64,000 bases of DNA from Vermamoeba vermiformis. Its lineage: Eukaryota. The notes below the pieces were generated by a model. It saw only the letters and a program-made list of their open reading frames with translations. It searched no databases and was not told the origin of the DNA. Position numbers and translations under genes: made by a program. Each line of letters begins with the position of its first letter. Within the stretch, counting starts at the first letter, position 1. Below are positions 1-11,341 of the stretch, one piece after another. The stretch spans positions 1 through 64,000 of the forward strand of contig JBEWZL010000075.1 in NCBI GenBank assembly GCA_045837725.1, written 5' to 3'.

Positions 1-184
1 TACCATTGTAGCGGCAATGATATCACCACCGTTCTACGAGTACAAAAAGTCCTCTAATTGACAGAACAATGAAAATAAACAAACGTTTGAGAGGTATATC
101 ACAGTCTCCGTTATGAAATTAACGCTGATTTTGACACGTGAAAAATATTTCAAGTGACACGTGTCATTCAAAAGTGTCAAAGTG

Positions 185-1408
185 TCACTCTGCACCCTCA
201 TTATCCTTGCCATCTTGATTCGCATCGTTGTCCAATTTCAATCCAGCCCAGAACTCTCGACCGACATCTCCATATTTGGCAATCAGCTCTTCATGAAACT
301 CTTTCAAGAACTTGAGATATTCCACTCTCAAATCTTCGATCAAAAATTCAATATTTTGCCACTTAGCGTGTGGTCCTCCGCCACAAATTCCTGCAATAAT
401 ATCGTTATTATAAATTATTCTTATAATATAATGTTACAAGCATAAGCCAACATTGCTCATGTTTATTACATGCGTATTCGTGGAGTACCTTCAACGATCG
501 AAAGCTTGCAGATCGGACCTTCTTTAATGAACTGAAAAGCAGGCATGCCTTGATCGCAAAAGTCCCAAAAATGATCGTTGATGCCCTATAATATATTATT
601 ATTATATTATTAATAGCTCTCGATTTTAACTGCAAAGAATTGTATCGCGATCTGCCTTACATCATCGAAACGGCTAAAAAGTGGTTGAAAAACGTCTACT
701 ATCCAGTCACTAAATAGTAAAAGTTAATATGTTACTATACAATCACTTTTGGCATATTTGACTACTCAAGAGGCAAGATCTAGGTCTAGAAAATTGACGA
801 AACAGAAACGAACCTGTAGCAAACGTCGTTCGCTCCGAAATAACCCATATAAGGCAATAAATTGTCATTAACTAGCAATTCTAATGTTCTATGAATATGA
901 CCAGACTCGGCTAAGTCCTCGACGGTCGGATCCAATTCGAAATTAATTTTAACATTTCCGAGCAGATCTGCGGCAAATTGAAATTAAATTTCGTTATTTA
1001 TTATGGCCGTTAATGATTGACTTACGTCTGTATCGCTCAAAATCAAAGCCGTAGATTTTTATTTTCTTTTTTATTTCCTTTTTCCAATCTGTTGCGTTTG
1101 CGTCCTAAAATTACAGTTTAAATATGAAAAATCTGAAATTATTTTAAAATCATTGCTTACTGGCTTTGGATTGAAATCAGCAAAATTATTGAAGTACATC
1201 TGCTTCCAAATTCGATTATCCTTCAAGCACCCGTGCCATATTTTTGCTATAAATATTTCCAAATAAATTTAACGCTAATTAAATCTACATTCAACTTACA
1301 TATTTGACTCAACCGGATGGCGGTGTGCAGATCGCACAACGACAAAATAAACACACGAATGTCATTAGGCACTCTATCAAATACTTCACTCGTGTTGTTA
1401 TGCTCCAT
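185..1408 (-). CDS. F-box-like protein, multi-exon (paralogue A of tandem pair)
   Basis: ATG at 1408 gives MEHNNTSEVFDRVPNDIRVFILSLCDLHTAIRLSQ (F-box-like). Last exon GICGGGPHAKWQNIEFLIEDLRVEYLKF...EGAE* stops at 185-187. Colinear DNA similarity with 1743-2959. Internal exon boundaries are approximate. Confidence 0.6.
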
Positions 1409-1742
1409 CACCGTAACTAAAAGACTCAATCGTTGGACAAAAACACAATCACGAAGAAATTTCGTCGCATCTACTTGTTCGAACCAATACTTAAAATTCA
1501 ATTCAATAACATTACATACTCTTTTTATTAATAGCACTTATTGAAGTACATATATCTCTCCGATCGATTTTGGCACGCATTTAAGATCGTTTTGTTTTAT
1601 GTTGGACTTACATCCAACCAACTGCCTAATGTACGCACTAATTAAGCTTGTTATTTTAATGAACGAAGTGTCAAAGTGTCAAAGTGTCATAATATGTCAT
1701 AATAAATAGATAGATAGTCATTAGGTGGTCGGTCTCGCGCTT

Positions 1743-2959
1743 TTACGTTCTTTTTTTCTTTTTGTTCTTTTTGCCTTGCTTGATTTTCAAAGAGTCCCAG
1801 AACGCTTGTCCAACATCTCCATATTTGGAAATAAGCTCTTCGTACAATTCTTCCAAGAATTTAATGTACTCAGCTCTTAAATCTTCGATTAAAAATTCAA
1901 CGTTTTGCCAATCTTGCCACTCCTGATCTGCCCCGCTGCTACAAATACCTGAAAACAATTACATTAATATTGCATAATAATATGACTGTAATATCATGTA
2001 CTCGCCGTACCTTCAACGATCGAAAGCTTGCAGATCTGACCTTCTTTGACAAAATCAAACGCGGGCATGCCTTGATCGCAAAAATCCCAAGAGTGACTAG
2101 TATTGCCCTATATATTAATTTGTTATTATTGTTGGTGCTAATAATGGAATAAATTTGCCAAGCAAAGATGAATTATTAACGAAAAAATTTGTAGCGATCT
2201 AAGACTTACCAAATCAAAGGTTTCAAATAGTGGCTCAAAGACCTCTCTAATCCAATCACTAAATATACCATGTTAATATATTGTTATTCGACATCTAACA
2301 GGTTGGTCTAGATCCGTTTCGTTTTTTTTGTTAAAATTCGGTACGTACCCGAAGCAAACGTCGGTGGGCCCAAAATAACCCATGCAAGGTAATAAATTGC
2401 CGTTGACTTCTAATTTCAGCGTTCTATGAAGATGATTGGCTTTTTCTTTCAAGTCAATCGGCGGATCGATATTGAACGAAATTTTAACGTTGCCGAGCAG
2501 ATCTGTAGCCTTGATTGAATATACGGGCCTTTCAGATATAACTATTCGCTTAGTTCTATTACTTACGTCTGAACTTTTCAAAATCAAGACCGTACATATT
2601 AATTTTCATTTTGATCTCTTCTTTCCAGTCTTTGCTCTCCTAAACAGCATATTAATATATAAAATATTTCCAGCACCATTATAAATTTAGTATGATGTTT
2701 ATATCCTTCACATACCGGTTTTGGATTGAATTCAGCAAAAGTGCTTAAGTAAATCTGCTTCCAAACGTGAGTTATCTTCGAGCATTCATACCACGCCTTG
2801 GCTATTTAATAAATTTTTTATTAATTTATCATATTGATTAAGACCGCTCTTACTTGTTTGCATTAAGCGGATGGCGCTTTGAAAATCGCAATAAGACAGA
2901 ATCAACAAGCGTAGCTCCTTTACCAAATTATCCATTGGCGTATCTATATCACGTTCCAT
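1743..2959 (-). CDS. F-box-like protein, multi-exon (paralogue B of tandem pair)
   Basis: MERDIDTPMDNLVKELRLLILSYCDFQSAIRLMQTSK N-terminus (F-box-like). ORFs 2273-2587 and 1743-1958 match the corresponding parts of paralogue A (for example the shared ccttcaacgatcgaaagcttgcagatc at about 488 and 2010). Confidence 0.6.
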
Positions 2960-3666
2960 TATATTTTTAATCAAAAGTACGTGTGGTGTTGCTTCAGAAC
3001 TGATATTTGAACATTAGATTTTTTTGCAAAGCAGATTAGCACACACGTGACTTCTTGTCCCGTTGTACTTCGTAATAATCATTATAATACCTAAATAATA
3101 ATAAATCACGAGATCAAAGATGAGTCTGTACGTACAGAGCAAAATCCGTACGGATTAATTATTAATAATTCAATATTCAATATTTAAATAGCCTACTAAT
3201 TCATTACTATTTAATATATATGTAAGATTCAGCTAATTTTAAGATTTTAAAGATGTGGAATTTTCGTTATCAGCAGACGGATCCACGATTGATTTCCTCT
3301 GTTAACGGAAGGACAGAACGATGTTAATATAAATTCTACGCGCTAAACCTCGATATGGGAGCTCGAAAGCGATGTAGAATTAATACGAATTAGTTGCGGC
3401 TGGAGAGAATGGAAATCAAGACGTGGAAAGTGGATCAAGGCGATTTCCTTGCAGAGCAGTAGCTCTCTCGCAATGCACCGCAAGTTACTTACCTGCATCA
3501 AAAATGCTCACGAACACGACTGCCTCTAGTAGGCAGCTAAGGTGTGTTTCGTCAGTGACAGAGAACAGACCCTTTAAATGCGTGAAGTACTGTACAGTCC
3601 TCGCTGCCTGAGAACGGTTGTCAGTTGGACAATGACGTGCTTCACTACCTGGCAACAAATTCCTCA

Positions 3667-3908
3667 TAACACACTGCTTATAGAGCGTAAAGTACGGTGC
3701 TGGCAACAAGTCTCTCATTGCCTACGCCTCCACTCGTGACTACAACACTGAAGTTTTTGCCGATCCTTTCAACGCCTACAGACCTTTGCAAAAAGTTACT
3801 GCTGTCGTCAATAAGGCTCCCACTAACGACCGCATCATCCTCGCCGTGACTTCAGGCTTCCGTCAAAAGAAGGGTCTCTCAGAACTCGCTGCTAACGCCA
3901 TCATCACC
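3667..3908 (+). repeat. Inverted 242-bp duplicate of an RRP5 intron-end/exon fragment (source 49639-49880)
   Basis: Aligns without gaps to the reverse complement of 49639-49880 with about 10 substitutions (hand count) and includes the intronic acceptor ctgcttatag. Confidence 0.95.
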
Positions 3909-4591
3909 GTAGAGCGATGAAAACAATTAACTGCAAGTAGTGTGTTTGGCTTTGAATGTATGTCTAAGAGAGCGTAACATATCTAACGTTGACTAAGCTC
4001 GGTGGAGTAGCTCAGGCTACGCGGTTTGGTTGAACAGATGAGCAGGCCTAAACTCTTAAACTAAAAGTCTTGTCAATTTGCGGGCGTTATGTCGCACTCG
4101 TACGTAAGAAAGCTGTTCCAATAGCCTTCTCCGTTGCCCTGAGAGCTTTAGACCTCTTTCTAAGGTACCAAGGCGGATCCCGTTACTGAACGGCACACCA
4201 CATTCATGAACAAAAATAGCCCCATAGCGTGATCGTGAAGTCAGTGAGTTCATTCGTCTAAAAGATCACGCTATCTGGCGATCAGTAGAGTTCCAAACTT
4301 TAACGTAAACTGGATCAAATCCGGTCAAAATAAACTGCTTCTAAACCTTTTAACCCGGCGTTATTAATCCGATGATTGTTGCCCAATTAGCAGTGCCATT
4401 AAAGATATAAATTCGGAATTTATAATCGAGCGTGCGGTCACCTGATACACTAATTTTTAACCATAAAAGGCAAAAAATCGGACTAATTTTGCTGACGATG
4501 CACGATAATCTCCGGAACACGAGTAGCTTAGTTTAAGTTCGCAGGGGTTTGTTTTTATTATGTACATACTATATTTACAAAATTGTTGGTT

Positions 4592-5481
4592 TTAAATGAA
4601 GCTTAAGTTCGGATTCATTGTATCCATAATGTTTAAACCGCCAGGAAGATTGGCAAAAATGTTAGGGTTCCATAGTGACATATCCTTAGGTAGAGCACCT
4701 GATAGATTCAGCATTCCATTATTATGCTCGAAAGGCTGGAACGGAATTTGAGCGGCGTTACCTTCAGGCATGTTGGGTGGAGGAGAACCCAAGTTCAAAA
4801 TGTGCGGCAGCTCGTTAGAGTTCTCTACCTTGACTTGAGTCGGTAGAGGCTGTTGATCAGCAGGTACAGAAGATTCGCACAAGATAAAATTTAAGTTGTC
4901 GATCTTTTGTCTCTTGGCTGCTGGTTCGCCTGAAAGGGAAGATAAGCGCACTGACGATAAGACGGTGAATGCTATTATGTAGTACCTTTAGCACCCAACT
5001 GCGCTCGATACTTGGAGTTCTCGCCCTCAAGTCGCTCGATGATCTTCAAAAGCTTTTTGTTCTCGCGTTCCAAGACGCCGTTGACTTGCATAATTTGGTT
5101 GTGCATCTGTACGTATTTGTCGAGCGTCCTTGCAGCGCATGAGAGAATTGAAGCCTTGTTGCATTCAACATCTCGGCACTCGGGGAGAAGTGTCTTCAAA
5201 AACATAATCTGGTCGTTAATCTTTTGTCTGCCCTTTTGCGAAATTAAATTGTGGCGTTTTCTCATATCTTCAGTTCGCCTAGTGGGAGAAACAATTGATT
5301 AGATTCGAATCCGGGTACGCAACACTTCACAGGATGCAATAAACACAAGCGCCACTTACTTTCTCTTTCCGGGTCCTGAGGGTCCAGGCACATAACCAGC
5401 GGCAGGTGCGGTAGGCAAGTCCTGGTTCGAAGAGGACGAAGAAGAATCTGGGTAGTGTTGCAAACTAATGTTAGGGTCCAT
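4592..5481 (-). CDS. bHLH-leucine zipper transcription factor (USF/MiT/Max-like fold, atypical basic region), 3 exons
   Basis: ATG 5481 MDPNISLQHY...GKRK|RTEDMRKRHNLISQKGRQKINDQIMFLKTLLP...NKASILSCAARTL followed by a heptad zipper. GT-AG introns at about 5279-5360 and 4930-4986. Confidence 0.8.
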
Positions 5482-5954
5482 TTAATCGTTGACAAAGGCC
5501 AAGTTTCTGTTAAAATTCGAAATTGAATGAGCGGTGGTTGTGTTGACCTGTCTCGCGCTAGAAATTGAAATGACCAAAAGTGAAGTTTTCGTTTTTATGC
5601 TCGAGATCCAAAAATAGCAAAAACCCACTTCTTTTGCAAATCTCAATGAAATCGGGGTCCAAAGCGAATGAAATTTGCTATAGAGTTTGAATCTTTTCGC
5701 GTCGATTTGTTCACAAAATTATGCATTAACCCATAAATCGCGCGACTTCACCGGAAATTTCTTCCAAATTCGGCGAGCTATGGTAAAAAAGGCTATTGTG
5801 TTTGCTGCTCGCATGATTTCGGCCCTTTTTTATATGTAATTCGGCCATTATATTTGCCGGGCGTTGATGAATCAATAAAAGCGTTTTTATTTGGTTTGAA
5901 GTTTGGGATCAGATCCAAATTGATTCTCCACATTCTTTACAAAAAATAACTAAT

Positions 5955-8610
5955 TTAAAGCAAAATCTCGTCGATAAAGTCACCTGAGAGCTCCTTATGA
6001 GGCATAACAATACAATTGCGAACAATAATCTCAGATCCAGCAGCAACTCCGAAGCCTAAGGAAACTTGGGTTAGCATTGCAATACACAAAGCCCTCAAAC
6101 TCTAAAACTATGCAATAATTTCGTAGAATTTATCGAGACCCTGCGCAAAATTCTTACCAAACACGGTAATTCCAGTGCGCGACTTCAAGTGCTCCATGCC
6201 ACCCGTGAATGGGTCGCCTGTATGTGTGCCTTCTAAACGAGTCCAGAATCCAACTGTAGACTCAGCGCTCAATATAGTGTACAAAATACAAGCGTGGTCC
6301 TGACAAAACACGAGATCAGCAAAAAGTTGCAGAGCGCGTGTTTGATGGCTTGTTTTACCTTAATAGTAACGTTGTTTAAGATAATCGAGTTGTGAATACG
6401 AACGCCCTTGCCGACTACAGTGTTAGGACCGATATAGACATTGGGACCAATCTGATGCAAACGAGTTTTTGTTAGATCAAGATCCGTTCATGAAAAACTT
6501 TTCGACTACCAACGTACCTTTGCTGTCGGATCGACTTTAGCGGTAGGATCGACGATAACCGGTCCTACAACTTCAAATTTAACGCTTGAAGGTCGAGTCA
6601 AATTCTCAGGAACTTTCTGCTCGAAGTATTTGAGATACTGGTAATTGCAGTACACGGCAGATCTAGTTTGCAATAACATTAGTATTAGGGTTGTATATTC
6701 ATCGATTCGCAGTATACTACTTACCCTGCGTTCTTAACACAACGCCAGAAGTCTTTGTACGAGTAAGCAAAGATTTCGCCCTTAGAAGCCAAGTACGGCA
6801 ACACATCTATTTCCATGCTCAAGTAATAAGGCTTATCGCCGAATGAGTGGCTAAAAACGAGACGTTAGCATATCAGTAGCGTATAATAACATTATTGCAA
6901 TCGTATGAAAGCAATTAAAGTTGTCCAGATCCAACGTCGCAAACTTCGGTAATCCGCCGCGAAATCACCGGTGATAAGAAAGAAAGAAATATTATTTGTG
7001 GTACCAAGCACGCGCGACTGTGGACAAAATCGAAATATCTTTAAATCTTGCGGAAAATTGAAAGTAAATTTAGGGATCAGAGAGCTGCGACAGAATTAGC
7101 TGAGTTTTCCAGCAGTAAAGTTGTTCCGGTTGACAGCTTTCGACATAGCTCTTGGGTGTGCAATTACATAGCAAATACGACGATAATATAAGTTCACGTA
7201 AGGCAGATCCGATCCGTTACAAAATTTTCAAAAAGCAGATGTACCGCATAAACTCCGAAAATAAATTTGTAATTTCATCGATTATCCTCAAACAAAACGA
7301 AGATATTTATAAGATTAATCTCGAAATCAAATAAGCGCTACTTACCCGGACATTGTAAGCGTGTCCTCGAACAAATCCATCTTTGAAGGAGTTCGCTTGA
7401 CCGGCTGATGGAATACTGCGCAATCGAATACGTAGACTCCAGCATTGATAGTGTTAGAAATGAATTCTTCGGGCTTTTCGACGTAATGGAGCATCTTATT
7501 CGTCTTTTCGTCTGGATAATAAAAGTTCGGGTTAGATCTGCCTTAAAATATGCCTCATTTGCTAAAGTATAAAGACATGTGGAGATATATCATGAATTTC
7601 CTATAAGAATAATCCCGTTTATATTAGCCGAGTTAAATATGAAAGTTGCTCGAGTTAGTTTCTAAAACTCGATTGTATTCGCTTGGCTTACGATTATTAG
7701 GGATATCTATTGCTAATGATCTATATTATGCGCTATTATCATGATAAGATGCTGATAAATTACTTGCTAAGTCAAGGTACATCCGTTACAAAAATTTGAG
7801 CTTCGAGATACTAAGGTCTTATACTATTCTATATATGACTCATTACCTGCTACATAGCATCCAAAACTCTTAGCAATGTCGTTGGGCACAGTAGTTCCCA
7901 TCATTGTAGCGAGCTGGCCGTGACCACGATGGAACTCCAAGATCTCCTTCAAAGGGAATGTGCAGCAGATGTCTGAGTGCAAGACGATCAAATGACGAGT
8001 ATTAGGTCCTTCGAACTTCTCTTTAAAATAGACTAAGCCTCCTGCAGTACCCATCGGATGTGTTTCGCGCAGGTAACTGTTCGAAAAACAGTAAAAATTA
8101 ATTATGATGCTGTAATAAATATAAAAATATCGTAATATATCTTCGTATTGCGTTAAATTATGAAACCTTATTAAATAAACAAATGAAATATTTCCGACGT
8201 GGCATCCAAACTTGTTTTAAGGACGCGTATCTTTTAAATTAACAAAAATAAGTAATATAATAATTTTAATATTAAATTTGAGCATAAATAAATGCTGAAA
8301 ACAATTGTAATTATTTTTCTAACGGATCCTGAAATAATCAAAATAATTGAAATTACCTGACTGGAAAATTGAACTTCGTGGACATATCCTTTGCATAGTC
8401 ATCGAAATATTTTTCTTCAAATGATCCTAATATCACGACCTCCTCTAATTTCTCCAATTGCTGACAAGCACGGATGTGATGCGTGATCATCGGCGAACCT
8501 CCCACGGGGAACAATGGTTTGGGCACATGAAGTGATAGTGGTCTGAATCTCGTCGCGCGCTTCTCACCGCCGACTAAGATGATGACTTTAATGCCTTGTC
8601 GTTCAGCCAT
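5955..8610 (-). CDS. GMPPA: Mannose-1-phosphate guanylyltransferase alpha-type subunit, multi-exon
   Basis: IILVGGEKRATRFRPLSLHVPKPLFPVGG, MGTAGGL, SDICCTFPL, and C-terminal hexapeptide repeats (IGPNVYIGPNTVVGKGVRI) ending EILL*. Confidence 0.88.
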
Positions 8611-8847
8611 TTGTAACGTATTTGGAATGTTTTGAAAAACGGACTCAATTCATAAACGACACCAAGGCTAATAACCTCTAATATTCGTACTTGATGCACT
8701 TTATAGGACGTGCCTTTAACATTTATGGATTGATTATCGTGAAGTTATCAATGGTACGGATCTTTTGACTTTATTTTTTGTTCGTTCAAAAGATCTGCAA
8801 CACAACTTGTATTTTATGTATAATTCTGTATAATAGCATATACCACT

Positions 8848-11068
8848 ATGAATAGATTCATACCTGCGACGTCATCGTCGCTATTAGTCAAGCATATTCC
8901 GGTAGTCCTTTCAGATGGAGCGCTGCAAGAATTTTTTCAGCATTTTGGCGCCAAAGAAATTCAATTAATGAAGGGAAAGATGGTACGATAATAATAACGA
9001 CTTCTACTACGAGCATTCAATTGCTAGAAGGTCCTGTAAATTTTAAATGATTTTTTGTCGGATCCGGATCTTTTGTTTGACCTTCACGATCGCTAATTAC
9101 TTATACAATAGCATGGCACTGCTCTTTTAAAATTTAATGAACCAAATGCAGCACGAAAAGCTCTTAGCGATCTGAACAACTTGAAACTGTTAAACAAACA
9201 ACTCGTAGTCGACTTTGCAGAGGAAGAAAAACCGTAAGAAATAATTAACTATATTCTCATAACAATAATATTGCATTACCTATAGCATAAGTACTCGATT
9301 GAACCAAATTAACGTTTAGTTCTTTCCTCGTTTGTTGACACTCGTGGATCAGCTTAACTACCAACTATTTTATTGCTACTCATATTTATATTGACTTTGT
9401 TATTGTTATAGAGCCAAAAAATCAATTGTTGAGTCAGTACCTGCATCATCTAACGAACAACAAGCAAAACAAACCGAGATCGGCTTTCCAATCGCGAAAA
9501 ACTTAGGGTACGCAATACTATACTAACAAATACTCTAAATATAGCCATATTCATTAATATTTCTATTTTTAGCATTGACTGGCCGTCACCACCATATTTG
9601 GAATACAGCTATCCACCGCCAAGCCGCGACATTGCCGAGAATATAGTTCGTCTATTATTCCACGTGCCTAAATTCTACGAACAAGTGCTGCATTTGATGA
9701 ACAAAATGAATTTGCCGCCACCATTTGGACCTGCTTTTCCTATGGCTAATCGCGTAAAGAAAAACGTACGTAACAAAAGGAAGCTTAAAATTAACTCTTT
9801 ATTTCGCTCAAATACGTAGCTTATTTAACGATATACTAAATTAAGATTCAGTTTTTTTGTCGACAAGATCCGCTACAAAAAAAAACCATTTTTAACTAGT
9901 TTTATTTTAGTTGGATCCGACGAGAAAAAGAAAGAGAACCCCAGAAAATTTAAATAATACAGTAGAAGAGTTCGAATCGGAGTCGAGTGAGTCAGATCTG
10001 GATGAAGACGAACAAAATAGGGACAAAAAACGAGCGAGAAAGACGAGTGAAGCAGAGCAAGAAGAAGGTGCTAGACACATTCCTATTGACCAACAACCAC
10101 CAGTATCGAGTATATTAGGCCCTTCTATTCGCGCCCAAGGCACCGCCAAGCCGTTACAAATTAATTTGAAGACCACGTCAGTCACGCAACTTCAGCCACC
10201 ACTCGCCAACACACCAATGATGCAACAAGGCCCTGGACGGCCGATAATGGCCACAGGTCCCGGCCCTAACTATATGATACCTAATATGGGTCATATGCCT
10301 CCCAACATGATGGGCCAGTTCAATCCGTACATGCCGCCCAACACCGGATCCAACATGCAAATCGAGTATATTCAAGGACAAGGTATGTATTTAAACTATA
10401 TTAACCATGTTTTCTATATGAAATATCAGTATTAATATGTACTATCAGCAACACCTGGTCAAGTTGTCGGAGCGGATGTGCGCAACGTTATTACTTTGCA
10501 ACAATTAATGGCCAACAGACAAACTGTGGATGGTAAATCCATTTTATATACATTCGTATATTAGTATGTATTTACGTTTCCGTATTATATAGAGATCAGA
10601 ATGATGGAGAAGTTCAAAAATTATGCACCAGGAGAACCGTCAGAAAAACTTTTTGTTCGAAATCTCGAGAAACGTGTGACAGTTGAAGATTTGAAGTTCA
10701 TATTTGGACGATATATACCTGCTGATGACGATATGGATAAGTAAGCCTGCCTTAGTATTTAATTGGATCTAACGGATCCATGTGGATCTGAGAAACTATT
10801 CGCAACTTTAGTCATGATATTCCCGACTTATATATTATATTATAGGGAACTAGATATCAAGCTAATGACTACAGGCCGGTTAAAAGGCCAAGCATTTGTC
10901 ACCTTCACGAACATTCAACGCGCACAACAAGCACTCAACGAAGTCAACGGTTACGTGCTGTATGACAGGCCACTCGTTATAGTAAGTTACAATACGATAC
11001 TAGTATACCTTATTTGAATATATATCTCATCGTAAAATGTGCAGGAATTTGGTCGTAAGAAAGAATAA
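8848..11068 (+). CDS. RNPC3: U11/U12 snRNP 65 kDa protein (two RRMs), multi-exon
   Basis: N-terminal RRM (LLVKHIP...FFQHFGA), the family block YSYPPP...PKFYEQVLHLMNKMNLPPPF, and a C-terminal RRM (NYAPGEPSEKLFVRNL...GRLKGQAFVTF...EFGRKKE*). Confidence 0.9.
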
Positions 11069-11103
11069 GGTGCATATTGGATCTGATCTCGAAGCCAATA
11101 AAA

Positions 11104-11182
11104 GTATCCTTTTAAGGAGATATAATACGAGTATTACTATAGACTATGCGCTTGGCTGTCCTTAACTCTTATTACGTAATAG
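11104..11182 (+). promoter_or_regulatory. Putative U12-type GT-AG intron / U11-U12 binding element in the RNPC3 3' UTR, abutting AATAAA (11097-11102)
   Basis: 5' splice site GTATCCTTTT at 11104, branch point TCCTTAAC at 11159-11166, TAG ending at 11182. Confidence 0.7.
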
Positions 11183-11341
11183 CAGATGACACGACAAGAG
11201 CGGCCAAGTGTCAAACTGAAGTGTCAAAAAGAGGTTGATCGGAGGTGATTGGCACTAGTTTATTTGACACTTATATACAGTGTGTACGCACAAGCGAGGA
11301 GGAGGAGCATAAGAAAGTCAGAAACAACGAGCAACTTTTTG

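Noticed and set aside
3485-3500. TACTTACCTG resembles the U1 snRNA 5' end
   Set aside because: It is the reverse complement of an ordinary CAG|GTAAGT donor; no U1 stem-loops or Sm site follow.
4000-4075. GGTGGAGTAGCTCAG resembles a tRNA 5' end / A-box
   Set aside because: No TpsiC arm (GTTCRA) and no matching acceptor-stem 3' strand downstream.
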